DNA from: Alphaproteobacteria bacterium
GTDB taxonomy: Bacteria; Pseudomonadota; Alphaproteobacteria; UBA828
Assembly: GCA_965221125.1 (NCBI GenBank)
Contig: CBDCRW010000007.1
Span: 320,001-384,000 of the forward strand
Direction of reading: 5' to 3'
DNA: 64,000 bases
Positions 39,024 through 49,316 of the stretch are shown one piece after another. Each line of letters begins with the position of its first letter. The first letter of the stretch is position 1. The notes beneath the pieces are model-generated. The model was not told where the DNA came from and made no database searches. It saw only the letters and a list, made by a program, of their open reading frames with translations. Made by a program: the position numbers and the translations under genes.

Positions 39024-39518
39024 TCAGCGCTCCGACTGCGCGTGGGCCTCGACCAGCCAGAGGTTCTTGTCGATGTCGCGCGAGACCTCGACGAAGAGGT
39101 CTTCGGTGTCCGCGTCGCCCGCGTCGCCGGCCTCGGCGATGGCGGCGCGGATGCCCTTGCCGAAGGTGGCCAGCGCGACGCTCACCGCTTCGACGTGGTC
39201 GGCGCCCGACGCGATCTCCAGCGGATAGGGGGGGAGCGCCGAGTCCGCCGCCGCCACGGCCGCCGTGCCGCGCGCGGTGCCGCCCATCACGGTGATGCGC
39301 TCCGCCAGGTTGTCGACGTGGCCCTGGACGGCGACGTGGATCGCGTCGAAAAGCTCGTGCAGCGCGATGAAGGAGGGGCCCTTCACGTTCCAGTGGGCCT
39401 GCTTCATTTGGGTCGCAAGGTCCACGGCGTCGGCGAGGCGCGCGTTCAGCAGCTCCACCATCGCGGCCCGCGTGTTGTCGGCAATGTCGATCTTCGTGGG
39501 GTGCAGGGTCTGTGACAT
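39024..39518 (-). CDS. dps: DNA protection during starvation protein
   Basis: KQAHWNVKGPSFIALHELFD, AERI, LWLVEAH. Confidence 0.95.
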   Translation of the reverse strand: MSQTLHPTKIDIADNTRAAMVELLNARLADAVDLATQMKQAHWNVKGPSFIALHELFDAIHVAVQGHVDNLAERITVMGGTARGTAAVAAADSALPPYPLEIASGADHVEAVSVALATFGKGIRAAIAEAGDAGDADTEDLFVEVSRDIDKNLWLVEAHAQSER

Positions 39519-39662
39519 GACGATGTTCCTTTTCTGACCGGGCCGCGGTGGCTGCCGCGCCGCCACGAGTGATGTGGTTATTCTGCGACTAATGTGCAAC
39601 TGGGGACAGCCTGACTCCCAAGCATATCACTCATGCGCGGGGCGCTGGCCGCGCCGTCCCCG

Positions 39663-40196
39663 TCAGGGCGCCCCCCGCATGTAGCGCCGCGCGGCGCTGG
39701 GGGAGAGGGCGAGGCGGGCCGCGATCTCGGCGGCCGTCGCCCCGGCGGCGGCGAGGTGGAGCGCACAGGCGCGCCTGGCGCGTGGCAGGTAGACGCTGCA
39801 GCCGCCGAGATAGTCCGCGACCTTGAGCGCCGTGCCCTCCGCTTCCAGCAGGCGGGCCAAGGGGTGGTCCGGGTGGCGCGCGAGGTGAAGCGGCTTCGGG
39901 ATGTGCACCTCGCGCCCGCCCCAGGCCAATGCCATCGCGATCGCGGTGGGCCGGCCTGCGACGTCCTCGATCTCTTCCAGAATGCCGGGGAGCGTGCCTG
40001 CGTGGTCCCTAATCGATCGTCTCCGAGGTGTGCATGGCTGCCGCGCGGGCGAGGCCCGGTGCGGGCGGAGTCGCAGGATGCGCCGGGCGGCGGCCGAGCG
40101 CTTTCTCGCGCGGTGCGCCGGCCTTGCGGATGCACGCGCCGAGGTGGCGGATCGGCTCGGCACGTGCTGCGGGCCGGCGCGGCGTCCGTTCCTCAT
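39663..40196 (-). CDS. Mor/C-like phage transcription activator
   Basis: LPGILEEI…WGGREVHIP…GGCSVYLP plus C-terminal HTH (AAEIAARLALSPSAARRY). Start uncertain; ATGA-coupled start at 40196. Confidence 0.7.
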   Translation of the reverse strand: MRNGRRAGPQHVPSRSATSARASARPAHRARKRSAAARRILRLRPHRASPARQPCTPRRRSIRDHAGTLPGILEEIEDVAGRPTAIAMALAWGGREVHIPKPLHLARHPDHPLARLLEAEGTALKVADYLGGCSVYLPRARRACALHLAAAGATAAEIAARLALSPSAARRYMRGAP

Positions 40197-40735
40197 GCCG
40201 CCTCCGCCGGTGCTGCGTCGTCGAGCAGGGCGGCGACGACGCGGTCGAGATCGTTGCGCCCGGCGGCGATGGTGACCTCGTCCGTCGCCTTCTCGACGGT
40301 GACGCCGATCTGCGCCAGCTCGGCGGCCGGCAGCTTGCGCAGCGCGGCGCGGTCGAGCGTCTCCCGCACGCGGATCAGCGCGTCCGCTCGGTCGGGGAAG
40401 CGCTCGCGCAGCCGCCGGATCGCCTGCGCCTCGTCGCCCAGCGCCACGGCGCCCGGCTGCTTGCGGAGCCCGAACTTGACGCCGTCCACCGCGAGCGTTC
40501 GCGGGCTCACGAAGAGATCGGGGCGCGCCTGGATCGCGGCGCGCAGCGCGTCCTCCGACGCCGCCTGCTCGGCGATGCGGTTGCGGAGCGCGCGGAGGCG
40601 GCCGGCAAGCGCCTTCTGCTGCGACGCCTTGATGTCCTCGGCCAGCGCCTCCGTCGCTTGCCGTGCGGCGGCGAAGGTCCTGGCGAGGGCGACGATGTGG
40701 TCCATAGACGCCGGCGGTGCCGCAGGTCTGGTCAT
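40193..40735 (-). CDS. Mu Gam-like host-nuclease inhibitor / DNA end-binding protein
   Basis: Coiled coil, PDLFVSPRTL…GVKFGLRKQPG, IRVRETLDRAAL…IGV. Confidence 0.7.
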   Translation of the reverse strand: MTRPAAPPASMDHIVALARTFAAARQATEALAEDIKASQQKALAGRLRALRNRIAEQAASEDALRAAIQARPDLFVSPRTLAVDGVKFGLRKQPGAVALGDEAQAIRRLRERFPDRADALIRVRETLDRAALRKLPAAELAQIGVTVEKATDEVTIAAGRNDLDRVVAALLDDAAPAEAA

Positions 40736-40748
40736 CGGGGTCTCCCTT

Positions 40749-41006
40749 TCACTTTTCTTGAGAAATTTCGCTGGCAGGCGCCGGGCGGGGGATGCCGGCG
40801 GGCCAGTCGCGGCCGTCGGGCCATCGCTCGGACGCGCGGCGCAGGATGGTCTCGGCGCGCCGCGCGGTGATGCTGGCGCCGGCGGCGACGCGGTCCACCG
40901 TGTCGCCGCTGCCGGTGAGCAGGCGCGAGGCGTAGGAGACGGAGATGCCGCGCGCCGCCGCGAAGGATCGGATCAGGGTGATGAGCAGTTGATCGCCGTG
41001 CACCAT
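40749..41006 (-). CDS. Cro/Ner-like small DNA-binding protein
   Basis: Divergent from the S24 repressor; helical N-terminus, WPxxxxWPAGIPRP tail. Confidence 0.65.
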   Translation of the reverse strand: MVHGDQLLITLIRSFAAARGISVSYASRLLTGSGDTVDRVAAGASITARRAETILRRASERWPDGRDWPAGIPRPAPASEISQEK

Positions 41007-41015
41007 CGAACACAT

Positions 41016-41080
41016 ATGCACGAACACGCATGATCGAATCAAGCATTTTCATGCACGAACAGTTGTGCTATATTGTGCAC
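41016..41080. promoter_or_regulatory. Lysis/lysogeny switch: operator repeats and extended -10
   Basis: ATGCACGAACA at 41016 and 41051; TGcTATATT (41066-41074) 6 nt before ATG 41081. Confidence 0.6.
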
Positions 41081-41974
41081 ATGGCGAACGCGACTCGACC
41101 GAGCGAGCAGATCCGCCACGCCGTGCGCGAGGCCCTGGCGGCGGCCGGCGTGGGCGCGCGCCGCTTCGAGTCCGCCCACGGGCTCAGGCCCTGGGCGCTG
41201 CGCGGCATCCTCGATCCCACCCGCGAGCAGGCGCCCTCGGTGGACCGCGCGGCCGAGATCTGCGCGGCGCTCGGGCTGACGCTCTCCATCGAGCCGGCCG
41301 CCGCGTCGCGCGCGGGCGAGGGGGATGACGCGGCGCGCGCGGCGCTGTCGGAGCCGAAGGCCGCTGCCTGGGGCGGCGCCGCGCAGGTCTCGCCGCCAGC
41401 GGCGGTGCCTGTGGGCGGCCTCGAGGGGGCGGTGCAGGCGCTGGTGCGGCTGGTGGCGCGCGCCGGGGGCGATCCGATCCCGGACGAGCTGCGCGCGCCG
41501 CCGAGCGCGCGTCTCGCCAGCGCCGATGCGCGGCCGGTCGCGGCGGCCAACGACGACGGCGTGACCCCCGGCGCGCGCTCGGTGGGAACCCGCGAGGTCG
41601 AGGCCGCGGCGGGCGGCGGCGCGGTCAATCTCGACGAGGCGCCGGTCAAGGGGCCGGTCTGGTTCCGCCGCGACTGGCTCGACGGCCACGGCATCGACCC
41701 CACGCTCTCGGTGGTGATCTCGGTGCGGGGCGAGTCGATGGAGCCGACGCTGCCGGCCGGCTCCAAAATCCTGGTGGACCGCACGCGCACCCGGCGCCGG
41801 GCCGGGCGCATCTTCGTGGTCACCACGGAGGAGGGGCTGGTGGTGAAGCGGCTGGAGCGGCGCGGGCGGCAGTGGTTCCTCGCCAGCGATCACCCGTCGT
41901 GGGAGGCGGTGCCCTGGCCGCGCGAGGCTGAGGTGGTGGGCGAGGTGCGCTGGGCCTCGCGGACCTTCGCGTGA
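41081..41974 (+). CDS. CI-like phage repressor with S24 peptidase domain
   Basis: N-terminal HTH, AAAGGG cleavage region, VRGESMEP (Ser), VVKRL (Lys). Confidence 0.88.
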   Translation: MANATRPSEQIRHAVREALAAAGVGARRFESAHGLRPWALRGILDPTREQAPSVDRAAEICAALGLTLSIEPAAASRAGEGDDAARAALSEPKAAAWGGAAQVSPPAAVPVGGLEGAVQALVRLVARAGGDPIPDELRAPPSARLASADARPVAAANDDGVTPGARSVGTREVEAAAGGGAVNLDEAPVKGPVWFRRDWLDGHGIDPTLSVVISVRGESMEPTLPAGSKILVDRTRTRRRAGRIFVVTTEEGLVVKRLERRGRQWFLASDHPSWEAVPWPREAEVVGEVRWASRTFA

Positions 41975-42522
41975 TGGCCCGCGCGGCCCTGATCGTCGCC
42001 TTCGCCGCGGTCGTGCTGGCGGCGTGCAGCCCGGCCACGCACGTCGACGGGCACAAGATACGCGCCGGCGCGGCGTCGGCCGACGCCCTGCACGAGGGCG
42101 CGCCGGAGTGGTTCGCCGCGTGGTGGGGCGACTACCGGCGGCACGCAGGGAACGGCTACGCGGTGCTCGCCCTCGACCGCAACGGGCAGGGCGGCTGGTA
42201 CGTCTACTGCGGCACCGTCGGCTGCCACGTCCTCGACCACGTCTCGGTCGGGGCGATCAGGGACGTCCACTACAGGTATCCGGCGCTGGAGCACTGCCGC
42301 GAGGCGGTCGCGAAGGCCGGCTCCGCCACGGCACCGGACTGCGCCATCTACGCGATCCGAGGCACGATCGTCTGGCAGGGTCCGCTGCCGTGGGAGGGCG
42401 CCGGAGATTCCGCGATGCCCTCCGGGAAGCACGCAGCCACCGGCGCCACGGCCGATGTCGTGGGCCCGAGCATGGCGCTCGACATGCTCGCGTTCTGGCG
42501 CGTGAAGTGGTCGGCGGACTGA
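41971..42522 (+). CDS. Cys-containing lipoprotein, unknown function
   Basis: Lipobox LAAC; GTGA overlap with the repressor. Confidence 0.7.
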   Translation: MMARAALIVAFAAVVLAACSPATHVDGHKIRAGAASADALHEGAPEWFAAWWGDYRRHAGNGYAVLALDRNGQGGWYVYCGTVGCHVLDHVSVGAIRDVHYRYPALEHCREAVAKAGSATAPDCAIYAIRGTIVWQGPLPWEGAGDSAMPSGKHAATGATADVVGPSMALDMLAFWRVKWSAD

Positions 42523-42535
42523 AAGCGGTGCTGTC

Positions 42536-42777
42536 CTAGAGCGATTTCCGATCTTACTGGATCGTGGCGGCCCGAACCGCCGCCCCACCTCCCCCTGTCC
42601 CCCTCCCCCCGGAGGGCGGAGGGGGGACGCCAGTCGCGCCGGCAAGTTCTCCCTCTCCGCCCCTGGGGGCGGAGAGGGGCGGGGAGAGGTGGGGGATTCT
42701 TTTCTGGCCGCACGGCATGTGAGGGCGTCACCCTGCGGCAACCGCGATCGATTCCAACTGGTCGGATAGTGCCCTAG
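42536..42777 (+). mobile_element. CTAG-bounded MITE, copy B (242 bp)
   Basis: CTAGAGCGATTTCCGATC…GGTCGGATAGTGCCCTAG. Confidence 0.8.
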
Positions 42778-42833
42778 CTGGAGCGAGTCCGTCTTCTGCG
42801 GGCTCTCGACAGGCCGTGAGCGATAAAGAGAAA

Positions 42834-42853
42834 CACCGGACCATGGTGCGGTG
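42834..42853 (+). promoter_or_regulatory. Phage late-promoter palindrome copy 1
   Basis: CACCGGACCATGGTGCGGTG; -10 CATGAT at 42875; ATG 42887. Confidence 0.65.
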
Positions 42854-42886
42854 CACGGGCCGGGCGGGCGCGCCCATGATCGCCCC

Positions 42887-43375
42887 ATGCAACGGGCGAT
42901 CCTCGAGCGGCAGCACGAAAGCGACCAGGGCACGCTGGGGCTCCTGAGCGGCCCCGGCCTTGCGCCCGTCTTCGTCATGGAGCCGCCCTGGCGCGGCAAT
43001 GCGCGCAACCGCTCCTGCATCCCCGCCGGGCTCTACGAGGTGGTGCCGCACCTCTCGCCGCGCCACCGCCGCTGCCTGCTGGTGACGCAGGTGCCGGGCC
43101 GCAGCCACATCCTCTTCCATGCCGGCAACCTCGGCGGCGACACGGAGCGCGGCTGGAAGACCCACACGCAAGGCTGCCTGCTGCCGGGCCTCCGCCGCGG
43201 GCGCATGACCGTGGACGGGCGCCGCCAGGCGGCGGTGCTCGCCTCGCGCACGGCCTTCCGCCACCTCATGGACTGGAGCGCGGGGCGGCCCTTCGTATTG
43301 GAGATCAACCCGCCCTCAAGCAGCGAAGCGACAGGGCGAACTCCGCCCTCAAGCAGCGAAGCGATAGGGCGATAA
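42887..43375 (+). CDS. DUF5675-type phage protein (putative endolysin)
   Basis: TLG…EPPW…SCIPAGLY…VPGRSHILFHAGN…TQGCLLPG; precedes a holin-like gene. Confidence 0.75.
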   Translation: MQRAILERQHESDQGTLGLLSGPGLAPVFVMEPPWRGNARNRSCIPAGLYEVVPHLSPRHRRCLLVTQVPGRSHILFHAGNLGGDTERGWKTHTQGCLLPGLRRGRMTVDGRRQAAVLASRTAFRHLMDWSAGRPFVLEINPPSSSEATGRTPPSSSEAIGR

Positions 43376-43385
43376 GGAGTGAACC

Positions 43386-43913
43386 ATGCTTGAGACCCTC
43401 TTCAATCTCGGCGCCTCGGTGCTCACCGGCGGCGCGACCGGGCTGCTGGGCACGGCGCTTTCGGCGGTGGTGGACTTCTTCCAGTCGCGCCAGCGCCACG
43501 CCCAGGAGCTGGACCTGCGCCGGCTCGATATCGATCTGGCGCAGGCCGAGGCCGAGGGCGCCGCCGCGCACGCCGCCATCGAGGCCCGCGCCCAGCGCGA
43601 GCGGGCCGAGTGGGAGGCGCTCGAAGCCTCGTACCGGGAGGCCGGCCGGCGCTGGTCCCGCCCCGGCGAGGGCCGGCTCATGCAGTTCGTGGACGCCGTG
43701 CGGGGGCTTACGCGGCCGGCGCTCACCTGGAGCCTCTTCGCCCTGGTGGGCGCGATCTACTTCCTGCTGGGGGCTGCGGACATCACGACCGTGGGGCTCC
43801 GGCCCCGCATCGTCGAGACCGTGCTCTACCTCTTCACCGCCGCGATGCTCTGGTGGTTCGGCTCCCGTCAGATCGAGAAGCGGCGCGGCGCGCAAGGCGG
43901 GGCCGGCCGGTGA
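43386..43913 (+). CDS. Holin-like membrane protein
   Basis: AVRGLTRPALTW, two C-terminal TMs, WWFGSR. Confidence 0.7.
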   Translation: MLETLFNLGASVLTGGATGLLGTALSAVVDFFQSRQRHAQELDLRRLDIDLAQAEAEGAAAHAAIEARAQRERAEWEALEASYREAGRRWSRPGEGRLMQFVDAVRGLTRPALTWSLFALVGAIYFLLGAADITTVGLRPRIVETVLYLFTAAMLWWFGSRQIEKRRGAQGGAGR

Positions 43914-44296
43914 ACGACCTCGAGACCTGGATCGCGCGCGGCGTGGTGGGCGCCGTCGTCGGCGCCTGCGTCGGGCTCTTCGTCCGCGTGCGCCGGCTCG
44001 AGTCCGCCGGCGCGGTCGCCAGCAAGAGCCTGGGCGATCTCGAGAGGCGCGACACCGGCGTGGGCGCGCTCGGCGCGCGCATGGAGACGGTGGAGCGCGG
44101 CCTGGTCAAGCTCTCCGCCGCGCTCGAATCCCTGCCCGATGCGCGCGAGTTCGCCGCGCTCGGCCGCTCGGTCACGGCGGTGCAGGGGGAGATCGCGGCG
44201 CTCCGCGCGACGCTCGACGGCATGGACAGGATGATCGCCGGCCTCGACAAGCAGCTCGACCAGATCAACGCCCACCTGCTGGCGGGCAACCCATGA
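43910..44296 (+). CDS. DUF2730-like Mu-type late protein
   Basis: N-terminal TM, coiled coil with ESLPD, ending HLL; position after the lysis genes. Confidence 0.6.
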   Translation: MNDLETWIARGVVGAVVGACVGLFVRVRRLESAGAVASKSLGDLERRDTGVGALGARMETVERGLVKLSAALESLPDAREFAALGRSVTAVQGEIAALRATLDGMDRMIAGLDKQLDQINAHLLAGNP

Positions 44297-44612
44297 TCGG
44301 GGCCGGGGGGCGCGGGTAGGGGACAATTTCCGCAGGACGCGCACGGGAGTGGCGGGCGGACCCGCTCAGGGGACCAGCCCCGGCGCCGCGTGGCGGTCGA
44401 GAGCCCAGGAGGCAAACGGTGGCCGCCCGCGGCACCGGGGCTTTGTCCGCCGCCGGCCCGGGATCGGTCGCAACGCCGCGACTACGCTACGGCCGGCCCA
44501 GCGAGGACAGGGATACCGGCAGCGGACCGATTCATTATCCCGCAATTCAAGCATGTAGAACAGACAAAATGGCATGCCGGACATGATATGACGGCTCTGC
44601 CTGTTCGACAGA

Positions 44613-45008
44613 TCACGGCCGCCGCGCCAGCAGGTCGATCTCGACGCGGGCATCGAGGGCGAGTCCGGTGACGCCGACGCAGGTGCGTGCCGGGCGCCGC
44701 TCGGGCTCGAAATAGGTCTCGTAGACGGCGTTCATGGCCGCGTAGTCCTCCTTGAAGCGGGTGAGATAGACCCGCGCGACGACGACGTGTTCGAGCCCGA
44801 GGCCGAGGGAGGCGAGCACGGTCCTCAGGTTGGCCATGACGTTCCGCGTCTGGCCCTCGATGCCGGCGGGGAGCGGCGCGGCCTCGTCCTCCGGGTCATT
44901 GGGCATCTGGCCGGTGACGAACACCCAGCCGTCCGCCTCCACGGCGTGGCTGAAGGGCGCAACGGGCGTGGGCGCGCCGGCCGCCATGTGAAAGATCGGT
45001 GCTGTCAT
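44613..45008 (-). CDS. RidA/YjgF family protein
   Basis: PFSHAV, VTGQ, PARTCVGVTGL, VEIDL. Confidence 0.92.
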   Translation of the reverse strand: MTAPIFHMAAGAPTPVAPFSHAVEADGWVFVTGQMPNDPEDEAAPLPAGIEGQTRNVMANLRTVLASLGLGLEHVVVARVYLTRFKEDYAAMNAVYETYFEPERRPARTCVGVTGLALDARVEIDLLARRP

Positions 45009-45152
45009 GGGGATCCCCTTGTCTCGGTCGCGCCAGCGGGCGCGCGAAAGCACAGGACGGCCGACTGCCGTGAGCGAAAAATTCTAGATCGATTCCGTCC
45101 AGGACGGAAACGATCTAATCTTGCGCAAGGCAGGCAAGGAGAAGGGCTCCTC

Positions 45153-46055
45153 ATGCGCGTGACGCGCCGGGCGGTGCTGGTCGGGGCGGGTGCCGCGCTG
45201 GCTGCGCCCGTGCTCAAGGCCCCGGCCGCGCAAGCGCTCGCCAAGCGCATTCCGGCGACCGGCGAGCCGGTGCCCGCGGTCGGCATCGGCAGCTGGATCA
45301 CCTTCAACGTGGGCGACGATCCGCTGCTCCGCGCCGAGTGCCGCGCGGTGATGGCCGCCTTCTTCGAGGAAGGCGGGGGCATCGTCGATTCCTCGCCCAT
45401 GTACGGCTCCTCGCAGGCGGTGATCGGGCATGCGCTGGAGACGCTGGGCCAGGCGCCAGGTCTCTTCTCCGCCGACAAGGTGTGGACCGACGCCTCGGAC
45501 GGCCCGGCGCAGATTGCGGAGACGAGCCGGCGCTGGGGCGTCGGGCGCTTCGACCTGCTGCAGGTCCACAACCTGATCGACTGGGAGGCCAATCTCGACA
45601 CCCTCGACGCCATGAAGGCGGCCGGCCGGCTGCGCTACACCGGGGTCACCACCTCGCACGGGCGCCGGCACGCGGAGCTGGAAGAGGCGATGCGCCGCCG
45701 GCCGCCCGACTTCGTCCAGCTCACCTACAACGTCGTGGACCGGGAGGCGGAGCGCCGCCTGCTGCCGCTCGCGCTGGAGCGCGGCATCGCGGTCATCTGC
45801 AACCGGCCGTTTCAGCGGGGCCGCCTGCCGGACCGCCTTGCCGGCCGTCCGCTGCCCGGCTGGGCCGGCGAGATCGGGGTCGTCACCTGGCCGCAATTCC
45901 TGCTGAAGTTCATCATCTCGCACCCTGCGGTCACGGCCGCCATCCCGGCGACGCGGCAGGTGGACCACGTGCGCGAGAACAAGTCCGCCGAACGCGGCCC
46001 CATGCCGGACGCGGCCCTGCGCCGGCGCATGGCGGAGCATGTGGAGAGCCTGTAG
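45153..46055 (+). CDS. Aldo/keto reductase with Tat-like signal
   Basis: TRRAVL, DSSPMYG, DLLQVHN, AIPAT. Confidence 0.88.
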   Translation: MRVTRRAVLVGAGAALAAPVLKAPAAQALAKRIPATGEPVPAVGIGSWITFNVGDDPLLRAECRAVMAAFFEEGGGIVDSSPMYGSSQAVIGHALETLGQAPGLFSADKVWTDASDGPAQIAETSRRWGVGRFDLLQVHNLIDWEANLDTLDAMKAAGRLRYTGVTTSHGRRHAELEEAMRRRPPDFVQLTYNVVDREAERRLLPLALERGIAVICNRPFQRGRLPDRLAGRPLPGWAGEIGVVTWPQFLLKFIISHPAVTAAIPATRQVDHVRENKSAERGPMPDAALRRRMAEHVESL

Positions 46056-46113
46056 GGCCTTGGCGTTCGGGCGGGACGGTCCCCGGAAGACAACGACGGG
46101 CTAGAGAGCCGCG

Positions 46114-46779
46114 ATGGCGGGGCTGGAGGACCTGCTGCTGTTCGACGCGCGGGTCTATTGGCGGCTGTTCGCGCTGGAGAACGCGGCGGTCTGGCCGGCC
46201 CAGCCCGTGGTGTTGGCGGCCGCCGTGCTGCTCGTCCTCTGCCTGCTGTGGGGGCGGCGGCCGTCGGGCCGCTGGCTCGGGCCTGCGTTGGGGGCGGCCT
46301 GGCTCTGGAGCGGCTGGCACTTCGTGGCACTCCGCTACGGGTCGGTGAATTGGGCGGCGCCGACGTTCGCCTGGGGGTTCTACGCGGAGGCGGCTCTGTT
46401 TGCGGCGCTCGGCCTCTCGGGCCGGCTCGTCGTCCTGCGGCGGGGACCGGGCGCCTGGGCAGGCCTCGGCCTGCTGGCGTCGGCGGTGCTGCTCTGGCCC
46501 TTCTTCGCGGCGCTCGACGGGCGGCCTTGGGGCGAGGCGGAGGTCGTCGTCCTGGCGCCGGATCCCACGGCCGCCGCCACGCTCGGCCTGCTGGCGTGCG
46601 CCGAGCGCAGCCGGTGGACGGCACTCCTCTGCGTGGCCCCGGTGCTGTGGCTCGCGCTGTCGGCGCTCACCCTCGTCACCCTGGGCGCCTGGCAGGGCTG
46701 GGCGGTGCTTGCGGCCCTGCTCGCCGGCATCTGCGCCTGGGCCGTGCCACGGCGGATCACCGCAGGCGGCCCGCCGTAG
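46114..46779 (+). CDS. Multi-TM membrane protein (DUF6064-like)
   Basis: LLFDARVYWRLF, APDPTAAATLG. Confidence 0.65.
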   Translation: MAGLEDLLLFDARVYWRLFALENAAVWPAQPVVLAAAVLLVLCLLWGRRPSGRWLGPALGAAWLWSGWHFVALRYGSVNWAAPTFAWGFYAEAALFAALGLSGRLVVLRRGPGAWAGLGLLASAVLLWPFFAALDGRPWGEAEVVVLAPDPTAAATLGLLACAERSRWTALLCVAPVLWLALSALTLVTLGAWQGWAVLAALLAGICAWAVPRRITAGGPP

Positions 46780-46906
46780 CGCCCGCGCGCCCGCGCGTGA
46801 TCCCGAACTCGAGGGACTTCCGGTGAGTGTGGGGCGCATCATCAAGTCACCACGGGAGCAGCCAACATGCATTTGACACCATATGTAATGAAGGACATAA
46901 ACGGCG

Positions 46907-47272
46907 ATGAAGTGGGAAGTCGAATTCCACAGTGAATTCGTGCCGGAGTTTCGCAGTCTGCATAAGCGAGTCCAGGACGAGGCCTATGCCGTCGCTCACC
47001 TGCTGGAACAGTTGGGGCCTCAGCTTGGACGACCCTGGGTGGACACGCTGAACGGCTCTCGGCACACAAACATGAAGGAGATGCGGTTCAGCGCAGCGGG
47101 CGGAGAATGGTGCCTCGCCTTCGCCTTCGACCCCAGGCGCAGGGCCATGCTTCTCGTTGCCGGCGACAAGTCGGGCGGCAGCGCCAGGCGGTTCTATCGA
47201 ACACTCATCCGCAAGGCCGACGAGCGCTTCGATCGGCACCTCGCCAGGCTCGCAAAGGAAGGAGGATCGTGA
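46907..47272 (+). CDS. RelE/HigB (Gp49-like) toxin
   Basis: GPQLGRPWVDTLNGSRHTNMKEMR, FAFDPRR, GDKSG. Confidence 0.88.
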   Translation: MKWEVEFHSEFVPEFRSLHKRVQDEAYAVAHLLEQLGPQLGRPWVDTLNGSRHTNMKEMRFSAAGGEWCLAFAFDPRRRAMLLVAGDKSGGSARRFYRTLIRKADERFDRHLARLAKEGGS

Positions 47273-47598
47273 TGGATGTGAATGTGGACGACATGATCGC
47301 GAAGCTCGACCCCGAGAGGCGGCGGCGGATCGAGGAGCGGGCGGCCGAGCTCATCGCCGAAGAAATGACGCTGCGCGAGCTGCGCAAGGCGCGGCAGCTC
47401 ACCCAGGCGCGCGTCGCGGCCGAGCTCGGCATCAGCCAGGACGGCGTCTCCCGGCTGGAGCAGCGGAGCGACCTCCTGCTCTCGACGCTGCGCAAGACCG
47501 TGGAGGCCATGGGCGGCAGCCTCTCGCTCGTCGCCAAGTTCCCCGACCGGCCGCCCGTGGAGCTTTCGGGCATCGCCGAGAGCGCGCCCCGCGACTGA
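47272..47598 (+). CDS. HigA-like XRE antitoxin
   Basis: [12 protein letters not shown]…[15 protein letters not shown]. Confidence 0.88.
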   Translation: MDVNVDDMIAKLDPERRRRIEERAAELIAEEMTLRELRKARQLTQARVAAELGISQDGVSRLEQRSDLLLSTLRKTVEAMGGSLSLVAKFPDRPPVELSGIAESAPRD

Positions 47599-47695
47599 CG
47601 ATCCGGGACGCCGGCGGAGCGCTCGCCTTGCCGTGGGCGGCCGGCAATGTTTGGTTAGGGCCCGAGCACAACACCCATTCCCGGAAGAAGGGCCC

Positions 47696-48988
<1,293 letters not shown>

Positions 48989-48995
48989 GGCGCCG

Positions 48996-49316
48996 TTATC
49001 GGGTTTGCGCGGCGGCGGCCGTGCGGGGTTCGACCTGAAGGGTGACTTGCAGACCGCCGTCGAGCGCCGCCACCATCCTCATCATCCGGTCGAGCGTGAA
49101 GCGCCCGAGACTGGCGTTGCAGATGCGCGAAAAATCCGCCGCGGCGAAGCCGGTCGAGGCGGCGGCCCCGCGCACCGTGAGCTCCCGCTCGTCCAGGATC
49201 GCGATGATGCGGGCGGCGAGGATTGCCTTGGCCTGCTTGATGTCGGCGTCCGGGTCGCCGAAGTCGCGGAAGACGTTGCCGCTTCCCTCCACCAGGTCCA
49301 TGTCGCTCTCGCTCAT
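48996..49316 (-). CDS. Orphan XRE (HTH_37-like) antitoxin-type regulator
   Basis: [22 protein letters not shown]. Confidence 0.8.
   Translation of the reverse strand: MSESDMDLVEGSGNVFRDFGDPDADIKQAKAILAARIIAILDERELTVRGAAASTGFAAADFSRICNASLGRFTLDRMMRMVAALDGGLQVTLQVEPRTAAAAQTR

Noticed and set aside
22140-44600. One contiguous intact prophage with Mu ends
   Set aside because: About 13.5 kb of host metabolic genes intervene, the orientations conflict, there is no transposase, capsid or tail gene, and no convincing TG…CA ends were found.
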